A DNA stretch of 64,000 bases from Marsupella aquatica. Its lineage: Eukaryota; Plantae; Marchantiophyta. Each line of letters starts with the position of its first letter. Within the stretch, counting starts at the first letter, position 1. Both the position numbers and the translations under genes were made by a program. Positions 26,378-37,874 of the stretch are shown here, one piece after another. The stretch lies in the NCBI GenBank assembly GCA_973895155.1, contig OZ316896.1, positions 6,562,166-6,626,165 of the forward strand. Direction: 5' to 3'. The notes below the pieces were generated by a model. The model did not search any database. It had not been told where the DNA came from and was given only the letters and a program-made list of their open reading frames with translations.

Positions 26378-27740
26378 GCCATCCTCTAGAACACTTATCA
26401 CAAATCAACATAGTAGCTGCTCCCTGAGCAAATGCACACAACATACATTTCAAGCCAGCACGAACATGTGCCAAGCTTGGATCTACTGTACCATCAATGT
26501 TGGGAAGGTGACATGGTGCACAGTTGCGCACATGATCCTTCCAAACCATACCATCGCGTCCCTCCAACATCAGGACACCAGAAGGCAATACTTCACGCAC
26601 ACGTAAGATTGTCCGGCCTGCGGTCACATCAAGTATTGTGGGTGCTGTCTGCTGCAAATAAACATAATCACCAGGATGAAATCGTCGAATGCTTGCACGG
26701 TAACCTCCTCCACGAATAGTGGCATACCTCAAAGTATCACGATGTTGGGCAATGGCAAGGTTGTCAAAAGCCATGGGCATCACTCTCTGAAATACCCGTG
26801 CTCTCTCTGAACACACCTTGACCCAAACATCAGGATCATCCAAGTTCACAACTGGTGCAGCATCACGACGAATAGCTGCTGGAAAATCTGGCTCTCTACC
26901 ATAGAGCAAAAAGTAAGGTGAGAAGGATGCAAGTGATGCTTGCCGACTGAAACGGTAGCCCATAGCTAACCAAGGTAGCTGGAGATCCCAATCTCCTAGA
27001 TGACCAACCTGCAAGCCATACTTACGCAATCCTCTCTTCACAGTTTGCACAACTCTCTCAGCTAATCCATCTGCCTCAGGATGATCACGAGAGGTAGTAC
27101 GATGATCAATCAAAGCTTGTTCACACAAACTCTCAAACTCTCCACGGAACTCAGTTCCCTGATCAGTCAACACCTCAGCTGGTGCTCCAAAATGACTGAG
27201 TACGCGATCCAAAAATGTAGCAGCAACTCCTCCACTGGCTTTATCTGGCAACGCCACTAGCTCAATCCACTTGGAGAAGTGCTCCACCATGACCAAAACA
27301 TACCGATTATGGCATTGGGTAAAAGGTAATGGACCAGCAAAATCCAAACTCCAACGATATTCCAAACCCATGATTGGTAACGGGTGCAACTGGGGAGTGG
27401 GAGCATTAAATGATGCTCTCACTCTATCGCATACCACACACTTAGCTATCAACTATTGGACATGAGTGTGCATACCACGCCACCAATACTGTGTTTGCAG
27501 CAAGCTATAAGTGCGCTTCACACCAAAGTGACCCAACTCCTCGTATGCATGTTGCACCAAATGTACTCGTTGTGATGGTTTTGGTACCACCAACACCCTA
27601 CCATTATGTAGTACTCTCAAAAGATGGTTTCCCTCCCATCGAAACCTCTTGGCTCTTTGTAGAACCCTGTCACGTTCTTTGGCATCAACACTACCAACAA
27701 TAGAACCATTGCGCAGATATTCCAACACTCTCATATCATT
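26378..27740 (-). pseudogene. Gypsy DDE integrase plus N-terminal half of the PHD finger
   Basis: Zn domain LGHFG...CVVC, core WSLDFAGP / VLTDQGTEF / HPEADGLAER, then CMLC...CDKC. In-frame stop at 27453. Confidence 0.92.
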
Positions 27741-27949
27741 GTGAATATCTTGTTATCCAAAAGTTACCTCACCAACATCCACATCTGAAGACTCATCATC
27801 CACTTCATCCAATGAGGTAGAGTCCACAGATCCACTGTATGCTGGCACCCAACAAAGAAAGGCAGATGCATGCCATTCTGGCACCATCTCCTTATCTGAC
27901 TCATCATGCCATCTGGCTCCAGTCTCATCCTGCTGATTGGTACATGGAT

Positions 27950-29692
27950 TGCGGCTTAATCCATCTGCATCCAAGTTCACTTTTCCAGGCCTATGCACCA
28001 CCTGGAAATCATACTCCTGTAACAACAATGCCCATTGTGCAAGCTTTCCTGTAAGCTTGTCAGACTCCATTAACCACTTAAGAGGCTAATGATCAGTGAT
28101 CAAGGTGAAGGGGTTACCAAACAAGTAGCAACGAAAGTGTGCAACAGCCCACACTACTGCCAAACACTCTCCCTCATAAGAGCTATACTTAGCCTCTACT
28201 GAATTGTTTGATCTACTGGCATAAGCCACAACAAACTCATTCCCCTCATCATCCTTCTGAGTCAGCACTACTCCAAGTCCTACTCCACTCCAATCAGTGT
28301 GTAGCTGAAATGGTCTGCCTGAAATGTGTCTTCTCAAAATAGGGGATGATGCCAACCTTTGCTTCAACTCCTGAAAGGCATGCTCCTGGTCATCACCCCA
28401 AATCCATTCCTGATCCAACTTAGTGAGTATGGTCAAAGGTTTAGCAAACTGGCTAAATCCTTTAACATACCTCCTGTAGTAGCTCGCCAATCCCAAGAAT
28501 GCACAAACTCTACTCACATCAGTAGGACAAGGAATCTGTGTAATGGCCTCCACTTTAGTCTATTGTACACCCAATCCCCCTTGGTATATAGTGTGGCCCA
28601 AATACTCAATCTGGTCTTGGAAGAACTTACACTTGCTAGGATGGAGCTTCAACCCATGTGCTCTCAATCTCTCCAACACAGTCTGCAAGTGTTGCTGATG
28701 TTCTTCCACAGTAGAAGAATAGACCAAAATATAATCAATATAATATCTGATAAAATCCAAACTTGCAAGGATTCGATCCATGACTCTCTGGAACTCAGGT
28801 GGTGCATTCTTCAACCCAAATGGTAAGAATAACCACTGATACAAACAATCTTTGCCATAAGAATCAATCCCCCAGAATGCTGTCTTGGACCTGTCAGCAT
28901 GCCTAATTGGAAGCTGATGGTACCCTGCCCTCAGATCCAATGAACTGAAAACCTTTGCATGCCCCACAACATCAAAGATCTCCTCAGGTGTGGGCATGGC
29001 ATATCTATCAGATTTTGTCTGGCGATTAATGGGTCTGTAATCACCACACATGCGCCTATCTATCTCGGGGGTTTCACTTCCACAAAAATGGCATATCACG
29101 TGCGACAAAGGATAGGGTCATTTTATTGATTGTAAGGGAAGACTTAAGAATTTTTGTAGAAGAACAATAGGGTCTTTTAAATTCAATTTTGAGACTTATA
29201 AGAACATTAGGGTCTTTTTAATCCAATTTTTGGAATATTCCAAGAATATTTCAACTTTATAGGGGTTAAAAAATAATATTTGTTTCTTACATTTTAGGGG
29301 GTCCAAGGCCTAAAAACGTCGTAGGTGATGGGGAGGTCCCCATGTAGTGAGACCCCCGAGCTATCTATGTAATTGCCATGCACATCCTTCTTGGCTGGCA
29401 TCACTGTGGCAGATGCATACTCCCCATATGAAATCTCCACCAATCCAACCTCCAACAAATCTTGAGTTCTGCTTTGAATCAGAGCTCTCTCCATGTCACT
29501 GTAACGGTATGGCCTACGAAAGATTGGCGCATCACTAGCCAATTCAATCTGAATACCAGGACCCTTTAATGTCCCCAAATCTTTCATGCTAAATGCAAAA
29601 CAATTCCAGTAACTCTTCAGGAATCGATGCATGCGACGTCTCTCCTCCCTTGTCAACTTAGGGCCAAGCTGTGGTTCCCAACTCTCCACCAA
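27950..29692 (-). pseudogene. Gypsy reverse transcriptase and RNase H, disrupted
   Basis: RMCGDYRPIN, LDLRAGYHQ, LPFGLKNAP, YIDY (YxDD mutated), FLGLASYYRR, HTDWS, YASR, YEGECLA, ITDH, ADGLSR. Interrupted by the MITE at 29064-29360. Confidence 0.92.
29064..29360. mobile_element. MITE, CTCGGGGG-TIR family, copy 2, inserted in RT
   Basis: TIRs CTCGGGGGTTTCACT / AGTGAGACCCCCGAG. 8-bp TSD CTATCTAT at 29056-29063 and 29361-29368. Confidence 0.93.
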
Positions 29693-29934
29693 ATCCCTAA
29701 TATCTCTTTGTAGGGTAGAAGAGATAGCCGATGATTGCTATTTAGCAGTAGATTGAGCAGTCCCTTCCTGCTCAACAATCTGTTCAGCCTTGGCCAATCC
29801 TGCCATAGGTCCATGGACTGTCTGCTCGCCCCCAGCTGTGGTCAGTACTGTCTTAGTGGACCGCAAGCTCACCAAGGGACAATCAGTTAAATCCAGCAGA
29901 GCGCATCCGCAACTGTTCAGCTACTCCCAAGCTG

Positions 29935-30876
29935 ATAATCCAAGTCAAACAATTCAGGTCCATTGCTTGACAAAGAACCTAGCGCCGCAAACCCTCTGAC
30001 ATAGAGGCAACTGCAGTGGTGCCAGTCAAAAATCCCATAGCACTCTCTCTCTCATCAGCAGTAGGTTCCACTAACTGCTGGAGAACTGTGTCCCACACAA
30101 GTCCAGGGCCACCTGCTCTGAATGCATATGAAGCAGAGTGGCTTACAAGAGTGGGTAATGCACAACGTGGGCACCCAACTGCATTGACCATTGCCAATGG
30201 AGGTCTATCAGGTTGGGTCACACCCTGTGCACGACGCCCTGGATCCAAAATATCATCCACCACTAAGGCTGGTGAGCGTGGAATGCTGTCAAAATGCGCG
30301 CTTCAGCACCTCACATGGGATCAAATTAGTCCACCACAAGCGTGGATGATGTGCACGAGAACCCACACGTGCAGCATCCAATAACACAGCAAGTCCAACC
30401 CAATACCTCACCTGGTGAACACTGGCAACAATCCGACTACGATCATCACCTGACAATGGCACATTCTCCAAAATGTATGCTGGAGAGTGTGTCTGATGTA
30501 GCTGGAGATGACGCAGCACCCGTAACATCTCCCAAAACAATGCAGAGCGTGGATCATGAAGTCCATGCCCAACACCAGCTCTAGATTGGCCCTGACATGG
30601 CCAACCAGCAATCACCAAATCAATGGGGCCAACACGATGCAGATGATCTGCCCCCAGCAATGAAATATCAGCAGGTAGTGCATGCTGATAACCACGAACA
30701 ACATCCACTTGCAACAATTGTGGATATCTATCCACCAACATAGCCACATGTCGCAATGAGACCCTCCGTGCTATCTCATCTGACTCTACATACAAATAAC
30801 GACGCACAGGAATTCCTGCCTGAAGAACAGCAGCCAATCCAGTGCTAATCCCACCAAAAAGATCCAACAAACAAAT
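29935..30876 (-). pseudogene. DNMT3-like C5 cytosine DNA methyltransferase domain within pol
   Basis: Motif I LDLFGGIST, II YVESD, IV IAGWPCQG, V GLHDPRSALFWE, VI YILENV, VIII LLDAARVGSRAHHPRLWWTNL, IX ERESAMGFLTGTT, X VLCQAMDLN. One frameshift (about 30291) and one stop (29979). Confidence 0.9.
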
Positions 30877-31289
30877 ACCCTCTGGTGGATATTGCCAAGC
30901 AATAGGAGTGGTATCCAATGGTGAAAGAGTCACAGGTTCATCTGCAAGAGGCTGCTTTGCTCCTGACTGTGGTGTAAAAGCATGACGCCATGCATCATGT
31001 ACCAATCGTGCTGCTGTCTGTGGCAAGGCTTGTGCAGTGCCCCACACTGGTGGCACAACACTGCCAACAGGTAATCCTCGCATGATGTGCTTCTTATGAG
31101 ACTCCTCCAATGATGGAACATCTACTGCATGCGCATTACCCTCAATCAAATCATCAGGTCCAGCAATTAGACCACGGAATGTTGCCAAATACAATGGTGT
31201 GAATTTAGGGCCTCCCACAGGTCCACTAAATCTCACTGGAAATTTTCTCAATCGAGCATCTCCTGACTGCCAATCAGGTCTATATGACA

Positions 31290-31640
31290 CTGATTCCTCC
31301 CAAAAATCAAGAATAAATCCCATGGGGTAGAGCACTGTACATCCCACCAACACATCATATGACTCTGCCTTAGTCAAAATAGCTTGCGATTGTATCTGTG
31401 AGCTATCTATGGTATGACCTTCCTGAATCCTCAAATCAAGAGGTCTCCTGGTAATGTGTTGTGTAGGTGTAGGTCCCCCCAATGAAGTCTGAATGGGAAA
31501 GGGACAATCCTCCAAATCCTCTGGACGCAATCCCAATCCACGTATGGCAGACTTTCCCAACATCAAGGGCTGAGCACCAGTATCCAGTAACACCCTCTCT
31601 GGCTGGTATACTGCTCCAGAAGGCCCAACTAATCGGAAGA
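31290..31640 (-). pseudogene. Retropepsin aspartic protease domain
   Basis: VLLDTGAQPL and YDVLVGCTVL motifs in ORF 30289-31944. Confidence 0.8.
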
Positions 31641-31831
31641 TACCACTCCGATTATCCAATGATACAACACTAGGTTTAAACCTAGTCCTCTCAAATGCAG
31701 GGCGTGCTGGTAAATCCACCAACCTCGTTGCTGTTGCATGCCATGTCTCACTAGTAGCAGTAGGTGGCATGGTCTTCACTACATCAATACTGCAAGTTGC
31801 TTCTGCATGGGAAGCAACCACTAGAGTGTCC

Positions 31832-33710
31832 TCACAGAGTGTAGCTGCCAATCTGAACACTTCTGCAGGACCAACTCCCAAGTTCAGCATGTTTGTCACT
31901 GAAAATAATGGGGCGCGTACCATGGCAATAGCCGCCCCCAACAACGTACGTCATCCCTGCTACATCACTACCTGATTCTGCCAACTTACCCACATCAAGG
32001 TTTGTTCGAACCGGGTTCATAGAGGCAGTCTGAACTGTCTCTAACAATGTAAAAGACTGTGAAAGCTTTGTCTGCCGACGTGCATCCCCCCTTTGTGGAT
32101 CTAACTCCACTACTGCTCCTTGGGGCTCAAGAACTTTGGCTGCCCCACGTGTCAAAGCTGCTGATGCATCAATATGTGCAGTGCCACACATGAATCCCAT
32201 GGTGGCAAGGTCTCCATCAGCTCCATAAGATGTGGAAGGACCATGGGATGTGGAAGGTCCATAGGATGTTGATGCCCCATCACCAGAAGTAGGTCTCACC
32301 TGGGAACTAGCCATGGCAGCTAGCTGTTGCTCCAATTGAGCAATCTTAGCATCCTTTGGATCTATGGTTATAGCAGGGGTAGCGTCACCTCCCTGTCTCC
32401 CTGCATGTGGCATGCCATGACCACGTCCACCGCCTCTACCTCCTTCTCTTCCCTGATCATGTGTACGGGATCCTCCTCTCCGTAACTCAGGATGGAGTGA
32501 GAAACACCTATCCTTGGTGTGTCCAGGAGCTCCACAGTGATCACACTGTCGCTGATCAGGCGTAGATGCTCCCCCTAATCCTCTATGATCTGGGCAATAT
32601 CTCTGTGCATGATCCCCACCACAGGTCCAACATCCTGACTGCTGTCCAGCATAAGAGGGCACAGGTCTCTGGCTGGTAGACTCTCGTGCAGTAGGCTTCT
32701 CCCTCTGGCTCTTCCGTGCAGTAGGCTGTGGTGTGGATGTGGATGCAGCCTTTGGTGCTTCCTTGGAAAATCCGGAAGTCACCACCTTCTCATTCACCAT
32801 ATTGAGCTCAATGCGCTCAGAAACAACTGCTAATGTGGGATCTGCATCCCTAAGCAGAGTGATATCTCTCACTCTACGTCGCAATTCTCTGTCCAGAATT
32901 GCATACCAAAACTGGACTGCCTGAGCCTCTGTCACTCCCTTGGTGATAGTGATCAATCTGCGCATACGAGTGTATGCCTCACGTAGACTCTCTCTAGTCT
33001 TGCGCTGGAACTCCTTAAGACCCTTCAACTTATCAGTTCTTACACCCTGATAGTTCTGCTTTAGTACCTCAAAGAATTCCACCATAGGGTTAAATGCTAG
33101 CGCAACTCCAGTTCCTGTCACAATCACACCGGCAGGAGTAGCAGATGATGCTGCTGGTGGATGATGTGCCACTCTGGCTAGTGCTGCTAGAAGAAGCAGC
33201 AGTGTGGCAATGGGTTGGGCAGCCGCACTAGTGCCATAGGTGATGGACACGTAATTAGGCGACCAATGCTGCCTCCATGCCTCAATCTCAACCAAATGAT
33301 TGAGCCTTCCAAAACTCATGGTAGTCATCCATGGGTGGCCCCTCCAAATGCTGAAATAATCCCTTCCATGCCATGAAAGGGGTAAACAATGTGGCGTTAC
33401 GCAATGTCTGCATATCGCACCACGTATCAAACTCCCGGATGAAGTCATCCAGATCAATCGTGCCAACTGCACCAGAGTATTGTCGTGGGCCCTTTGTAGC
33501 CCCGTACATCTCGTCCATATCCCACAACAAAGGTGCAACCACCTGATGATGAGGAGAACTCGTCACTGAGTCCTCATCAGAATCACTATCTGAAGCTGCA
33601 CTGCTGACTGCTACCAATGCCGCTGGCCGAAACTGTGCCCCACTCCGAGTGAAACCGGTCCGTCGTCCATCAGGTAATCCAGCAGCACCAGAAGAATCCG
33701 TGGTGACCAA
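31832..33710 (-). pseudogene. Gag of the DNMT retroelement, frameshifted
   Basis: YSG..DLDDFIREFDTWC, FQRKTRESLREAYTRM, and two CCHC knuckles CWTCGGDHAQRYC and CDHCGAPGHTKDRC. Confidence 0.85.
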
Positions 33711-34269
33711 CCCTAACCTAATCTATGTGCTAACCCTAAGGGCAATCTATCCCTGTCAGCACCACAAGCATTCACCATGGTGTGTTGGACATCACTCCAA
33801 CATCACCAGGAGAGAAATACACAGCACACTAGAATGTCCAGTTGCAAACCCGGATCACTCCTATGGAATCAAGCGCCCACATCGAACCAACATGGCACAT
33901 AAACAGGAAACAAGTGTGGAGAGGATCCAATCAACAAGAATAGTCAAACACTAACTCTCCACACCAAGAGTGATCACACATTGATCAAACAAATATTCAT
34001 AATGTTCAATGAAAGGCCTTCATAATAGGCTTCATGATGTCCCAATGTTATAGATGAGAAACCATGCACAATTGGTTCAATCTGTGTATTTAGATGAACT
34101 CAGAACTATCCAAAACCTCTAAAGAGCCTCTGATTTGGCCCGAAACAAGGCTCTAAGCAAACCCGAAAGTGTATAAAGCCCCCTGGCGCTTGAATCTAAA
34201 TAACAAGTTGTGAAAACTTGTGTGTACACAAGGTGGGATGAGAACTTTTCAGTTAAGTGCTTGCGGCTG

Positions 34270-34440
34270 GGAATAGCCCCGGGATGGGTGACCTCCTCAC
34301 GCTCGACCTTGTGTCTCCCCTTGCGCTCATGACCCGGAATAGCCCCGGGATGGGTGACCTCGACCTCGCGCTTGCTTGCGCTCGTGATGGGTGACTTCGC
34401 GCTCGTGGTTGGGAGCACTTTCGGGATGGGTGACCTCACG
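34270..34440. repeat. Four GATGGGTGACYTC motif copies in the retroelement leader
   Basis: GGAATAGCCCCGGGATGGGTGACCTC at 34270 and 34336, shorter copies at 34386 and 34422. Confidence 0.8.
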
Positions 34441-35109
34441 CGTCCCCTTATGCACGCACAGTTGTGTGTGTACACAAAACAAAAGTCGTCGGGCTCAGAA
34501 ATGGCAACATTTGCCACTCGAAAGTAGTGATTTCCTTCACAAAAACGGCAACGTCGATGGCTCTCGATCTCTACAAACCTGTCGCGCACGGTTCTGGGAC
34601 ATTTTGCGAGCGTCCCTTGACAATAAAATGTTGCGAGCACTCAAAATTCCAACAGATCTGTCCACAAAACAGCAGTGCGATACAAGCAGCAACCTTCGGC
34701 CATCTCTTTCCAGATCTAGACTCCGACTCAATCCAGATCTAGACCAGATCCAGATCCAACAACGTTCAAGCTTGGCCAGAACCAGATCGAATAACAACAG
34801 AGTACTCAAACAATAGAACCAACGATTCAAGAAACATGAATCCGCGTCAAACACAAATCCAATTGATTCGAGCTACCATGAACCGTCACCGTCAACGACA
34901 AACTCAGACTGAGCTTCTGTCTGCACAACAGAGTTTGAAGCTCATGATCTTTCAATGTAATCTCCATACAATCGGCACAACGATCCCGGTCAACAATACC
35001 CCATTGATCCCGCACCGATCCGATCACACACGTATGTCAAGCCAACGCACCTTGCACTACTCAAGAAATCCACGTTACACAAGCGGAGCTCACAGCCACC
35101 ATAGCCACT

Positions 35110-35285
35110 CAAGCTCCTCTCTCTCCAAGGCTCAACATTGAAAGATGACCTTTCAATGCCTCACAAGTGAGAAGTACCTTCTCACACAAACCTGACGGAA
35201 CCTTATCGGCTCATATAGCACACATACCAAACATACGGATCTAGATAGTACGATACACTCTAACACTACCTAGAATGGTGTGACA
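35110..35285 (-). repeat. 5'-terminal repeat X of the DNMT retroelement
   Basis: Matches 19994-20169 except one base. Contains hairpin CATTGAAAG-atgac-CTTTCAATG. Confidence 0.92.
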
Positions 35286-36210
35286 CCAGACTCTCATTTG
35301 TAACTTGAGTCCACAAATACAAACGATGGTTTCCATAAAAAATTGAGAACATCTTGTCCTTGAGGACCAAGAAAGCGGGATCGCCATCACATTCAGTTTT
35401 GAATAGTTGGTTCTCAACTGCCCAAATTGGATCCCATGTGCTGCAAATTTTGTTGGACAGGTGCAAAGTTGTTGAGCACGTTCTTCATTAGATGGCTGGA
35501 CAAAGAAGCGCATGCCAATTGCCGAATTGTACCCAGAAGTCCTAAATGAGTCCTTCAGCTTCACAATCGATTGACTATTTCTATGAAGGGTTCAAACAAC
35601 CTCCATATGAACCAGGCAAGAGGAATTCAGGGAAGTTCTTTTGGCAACCCACTACCATCAACTCCAAACGACATGATGTGCTTGTCGACGACATCTACAA
35701 CTTACTTCTCCACATCTTCAGCATTTTGAACCGCAAAACCACCAAAATGCTCCATTTTGGCTTGCCTAGGTTCTGGAGATTGGAGCTCTATGTGACTGGG
35801 AGGATACTGTGAGGTCAAACGCGTTACTCTTCTACTCGACACACAACTTGAATATGACGACTCCAAAGACTGGGAATGATGTGGAGACCCAGCTCCCATT
35901 TTGTTATACTCTCTACCCCTTGCCATTTTTTCCCGTTTGATGTTGTCCCATACGATAGTTAATTCAATCCAATAACCAACCTTCTTGCCTATGACCTTGT
36001 TCGGTACGGTAGTTTGTTTAGCCAATCACGTACCTCCTGGTCTCCCCTTCCCAGCTCGCTTCCAAGACGGACAACCTGGTCAAACGACCCTAACAGAATG
36101 GCAATTATCTGCCACGCTTGAGTTCCCCCAAAAGGACTATCATTAAAGTTGTTGACAACTAGGATCGAGTAAACCGATGTAAGGTATATGAAGGGTTTGC
36201 AAATGGGCAA
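35286..36210 (-). pseudogene. 5' part of the decayed TE-associated gene, with a ParB/Srx-like GNHR motif
   Basis: Fragments SGYNSAIGMRFFVQP and KMFSIFYGNHRLYLW. Joins across the insertion to NESL|ENPK*HLRVHC. Confidence 0.45.
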
Positions 36211-37590
36211 TGTAAAAATTCACCTAAGACCGCCCAGAGTGGCATGACTTTGTGATAGCTCACTTGATTAGAGACTGATAGGTCTTGGGTTCAACTATAA
36301 TTGTGGCTGACACTTCCCAACTATCCAACTATTGTGGCTGATTCTTCTTTTCTATGGGGTTTCACAGATTTCCCATAAAATGTTACCATTGCAAAATGTA
36401 CCATTTGAAATAGTGTTGGGTGCTAGCATTCATTTATTACCATTAATCATGTTTATACATCTGTAGTATGTAACGCCACCCAATATTCTAGTACTTAGAC
36501 CCTAAATTTATTCACACAGACTTTAAGATATATTTTAATAGCGTGTGGCGCTAGTCAAAATTTAACAATGGTAAAGTGCATAAAAATGTACCGTGACACA
36601 AAATATGATGTTAAACAAGAAAATATGTCATATATTTCAAAACTGCATGATATAATACAAAAATGAACATTTATAATTACCCAAATATAACTTCTCAGTT
36701 GGATAGTGTCGTGGGCTATCATCCAACCGTATAGCTATTGGTGTTTAAAGATGGGTATAATATTCTTTTCTTGGATAGCGCCTGGCGCTAATGTCACTTA
36801 CAAAAACATCCTTTTGTGAGGTGATATCTGTCTTTTCAAAGATCCTCAATGCCATTAGAATGTGACAAATGGTCATTGATTATCAGTATATTTGTCTTAT
36901 TTTGAGATGATAACGGACATTTTTTCATACATGTTAGTTATATGGACGATCATGAGCCTTGGAATGTCATTTTGCAATGGATTTGTGTATTGTAATTTCC
37001 CGCAATCCTCCTTGGGATGTTGTATCTATCCCTCTCCCAAGTCTTATGAAACTTAAAGAAATTTTGGAGGAATATCCCTGGGAATATCTTGCCATCAGGT
37101 TTGGGATTCTCAGTGTGAATATTTGAAATGTTGTCAACTCTGAAGAAGGTGTGGTTGTTGCCATCGATGTCATTGGTGGAGTTTGACATTGGAGATTGTT
37201 AGGTGGTAGTATGAGCTTGTTATTGATTGCAAGCCTGAAGTTGCATGAGTGTCAAGGATGTTGAGCATTGACGACAATTGCAACGGCAAGCCCATGAACC
37301 ATCCAATGCACAAGAGTCGACACAAAGAGATACGTGGTTCACCTCCACATGAGGCTATGTCCACAGGAACACTCAAGAGCTTTACTGCACTCTAGGCCGA
37401 CAGGCCATACCAATCATCCATTGCGCAAGCTTTCCCGATCTCTCAACTAGCTCCGTAACAATGAGCCTTAGTCCCAAAAAGGCTGGCATCAGCCCTGGCT
37501 ATATACACAACAGCACTACCACTAACCTTAGCTAAGTCCTAACCCGAGTTAGCCTAACTATGGTTAGCTCATGAGTCACAAGACTAAGAG

Positions 37591-37874
37591 GAGGCTTTAC
37601 ACCGTGTCAGGAAACAGGAAAATGATTTCCTGTTATGAGCAAAATTTTACTGTTATCAGCAAAAATGAGATATAAAAAATTTCTCATTAAAACTCAAAAT
37701 TTTCAAAATATTTTTAAAAATGATCATTTTTGGCTAGCGCCAGGCGCTAGTAAAAAATGTCAAAAATTTAAACCAAAAAAAAAAATTCCCAAAAAAAATT
37801 CAAAAGAAATTCAAAAAATTCTCATCCATTTTTCTGTTTATTGTTTACTGTTTCCTGGCACGGTGGTTATACCT
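37591..37874. mobile_element. MITE inserted in the copia 3' LTR
   Basis: Absent from the partner LTR. TIR core ACCGTGYCAGGAAACAG. Duplication GACTAAGAG at 37582-37590 and 37875-37883 (9 bp; an 8-bp reading is also possible). Confidence 0.88.

Larger units (their letters stand above)
19896..35285 (-). mobile_element. Ty3/gypsy-type retroelement carrying a C5 DNA methyltransferase and PHD finger, with split direct repeats
   Basis: TG..CA termini. Repeat X (176 bp) at 35110-35285 and 19994-20169; repeat Y (102 bp) at 20172-20273 and 19896-19997. Apparent 4-bp TSD CCAA/CCAG. Domain order gag-PR-DNMT-RT-RH-IN-PHD. Three nested insertions. Confidence 0.9.

Noticed and set aside
29935-30876. Bacterial restriction-modification methylase or contamination
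   Set aside because: Fused in frame with a retroviral-type protease inside a TSD-bounded element, near an intron-containing plant gene.
34119-34854. Possible tyrosine recombinase ORF that would explain the split repeats
   Set aside because: ORFs are short, driven by repeats, and lack an R-H-R-Y pattern.
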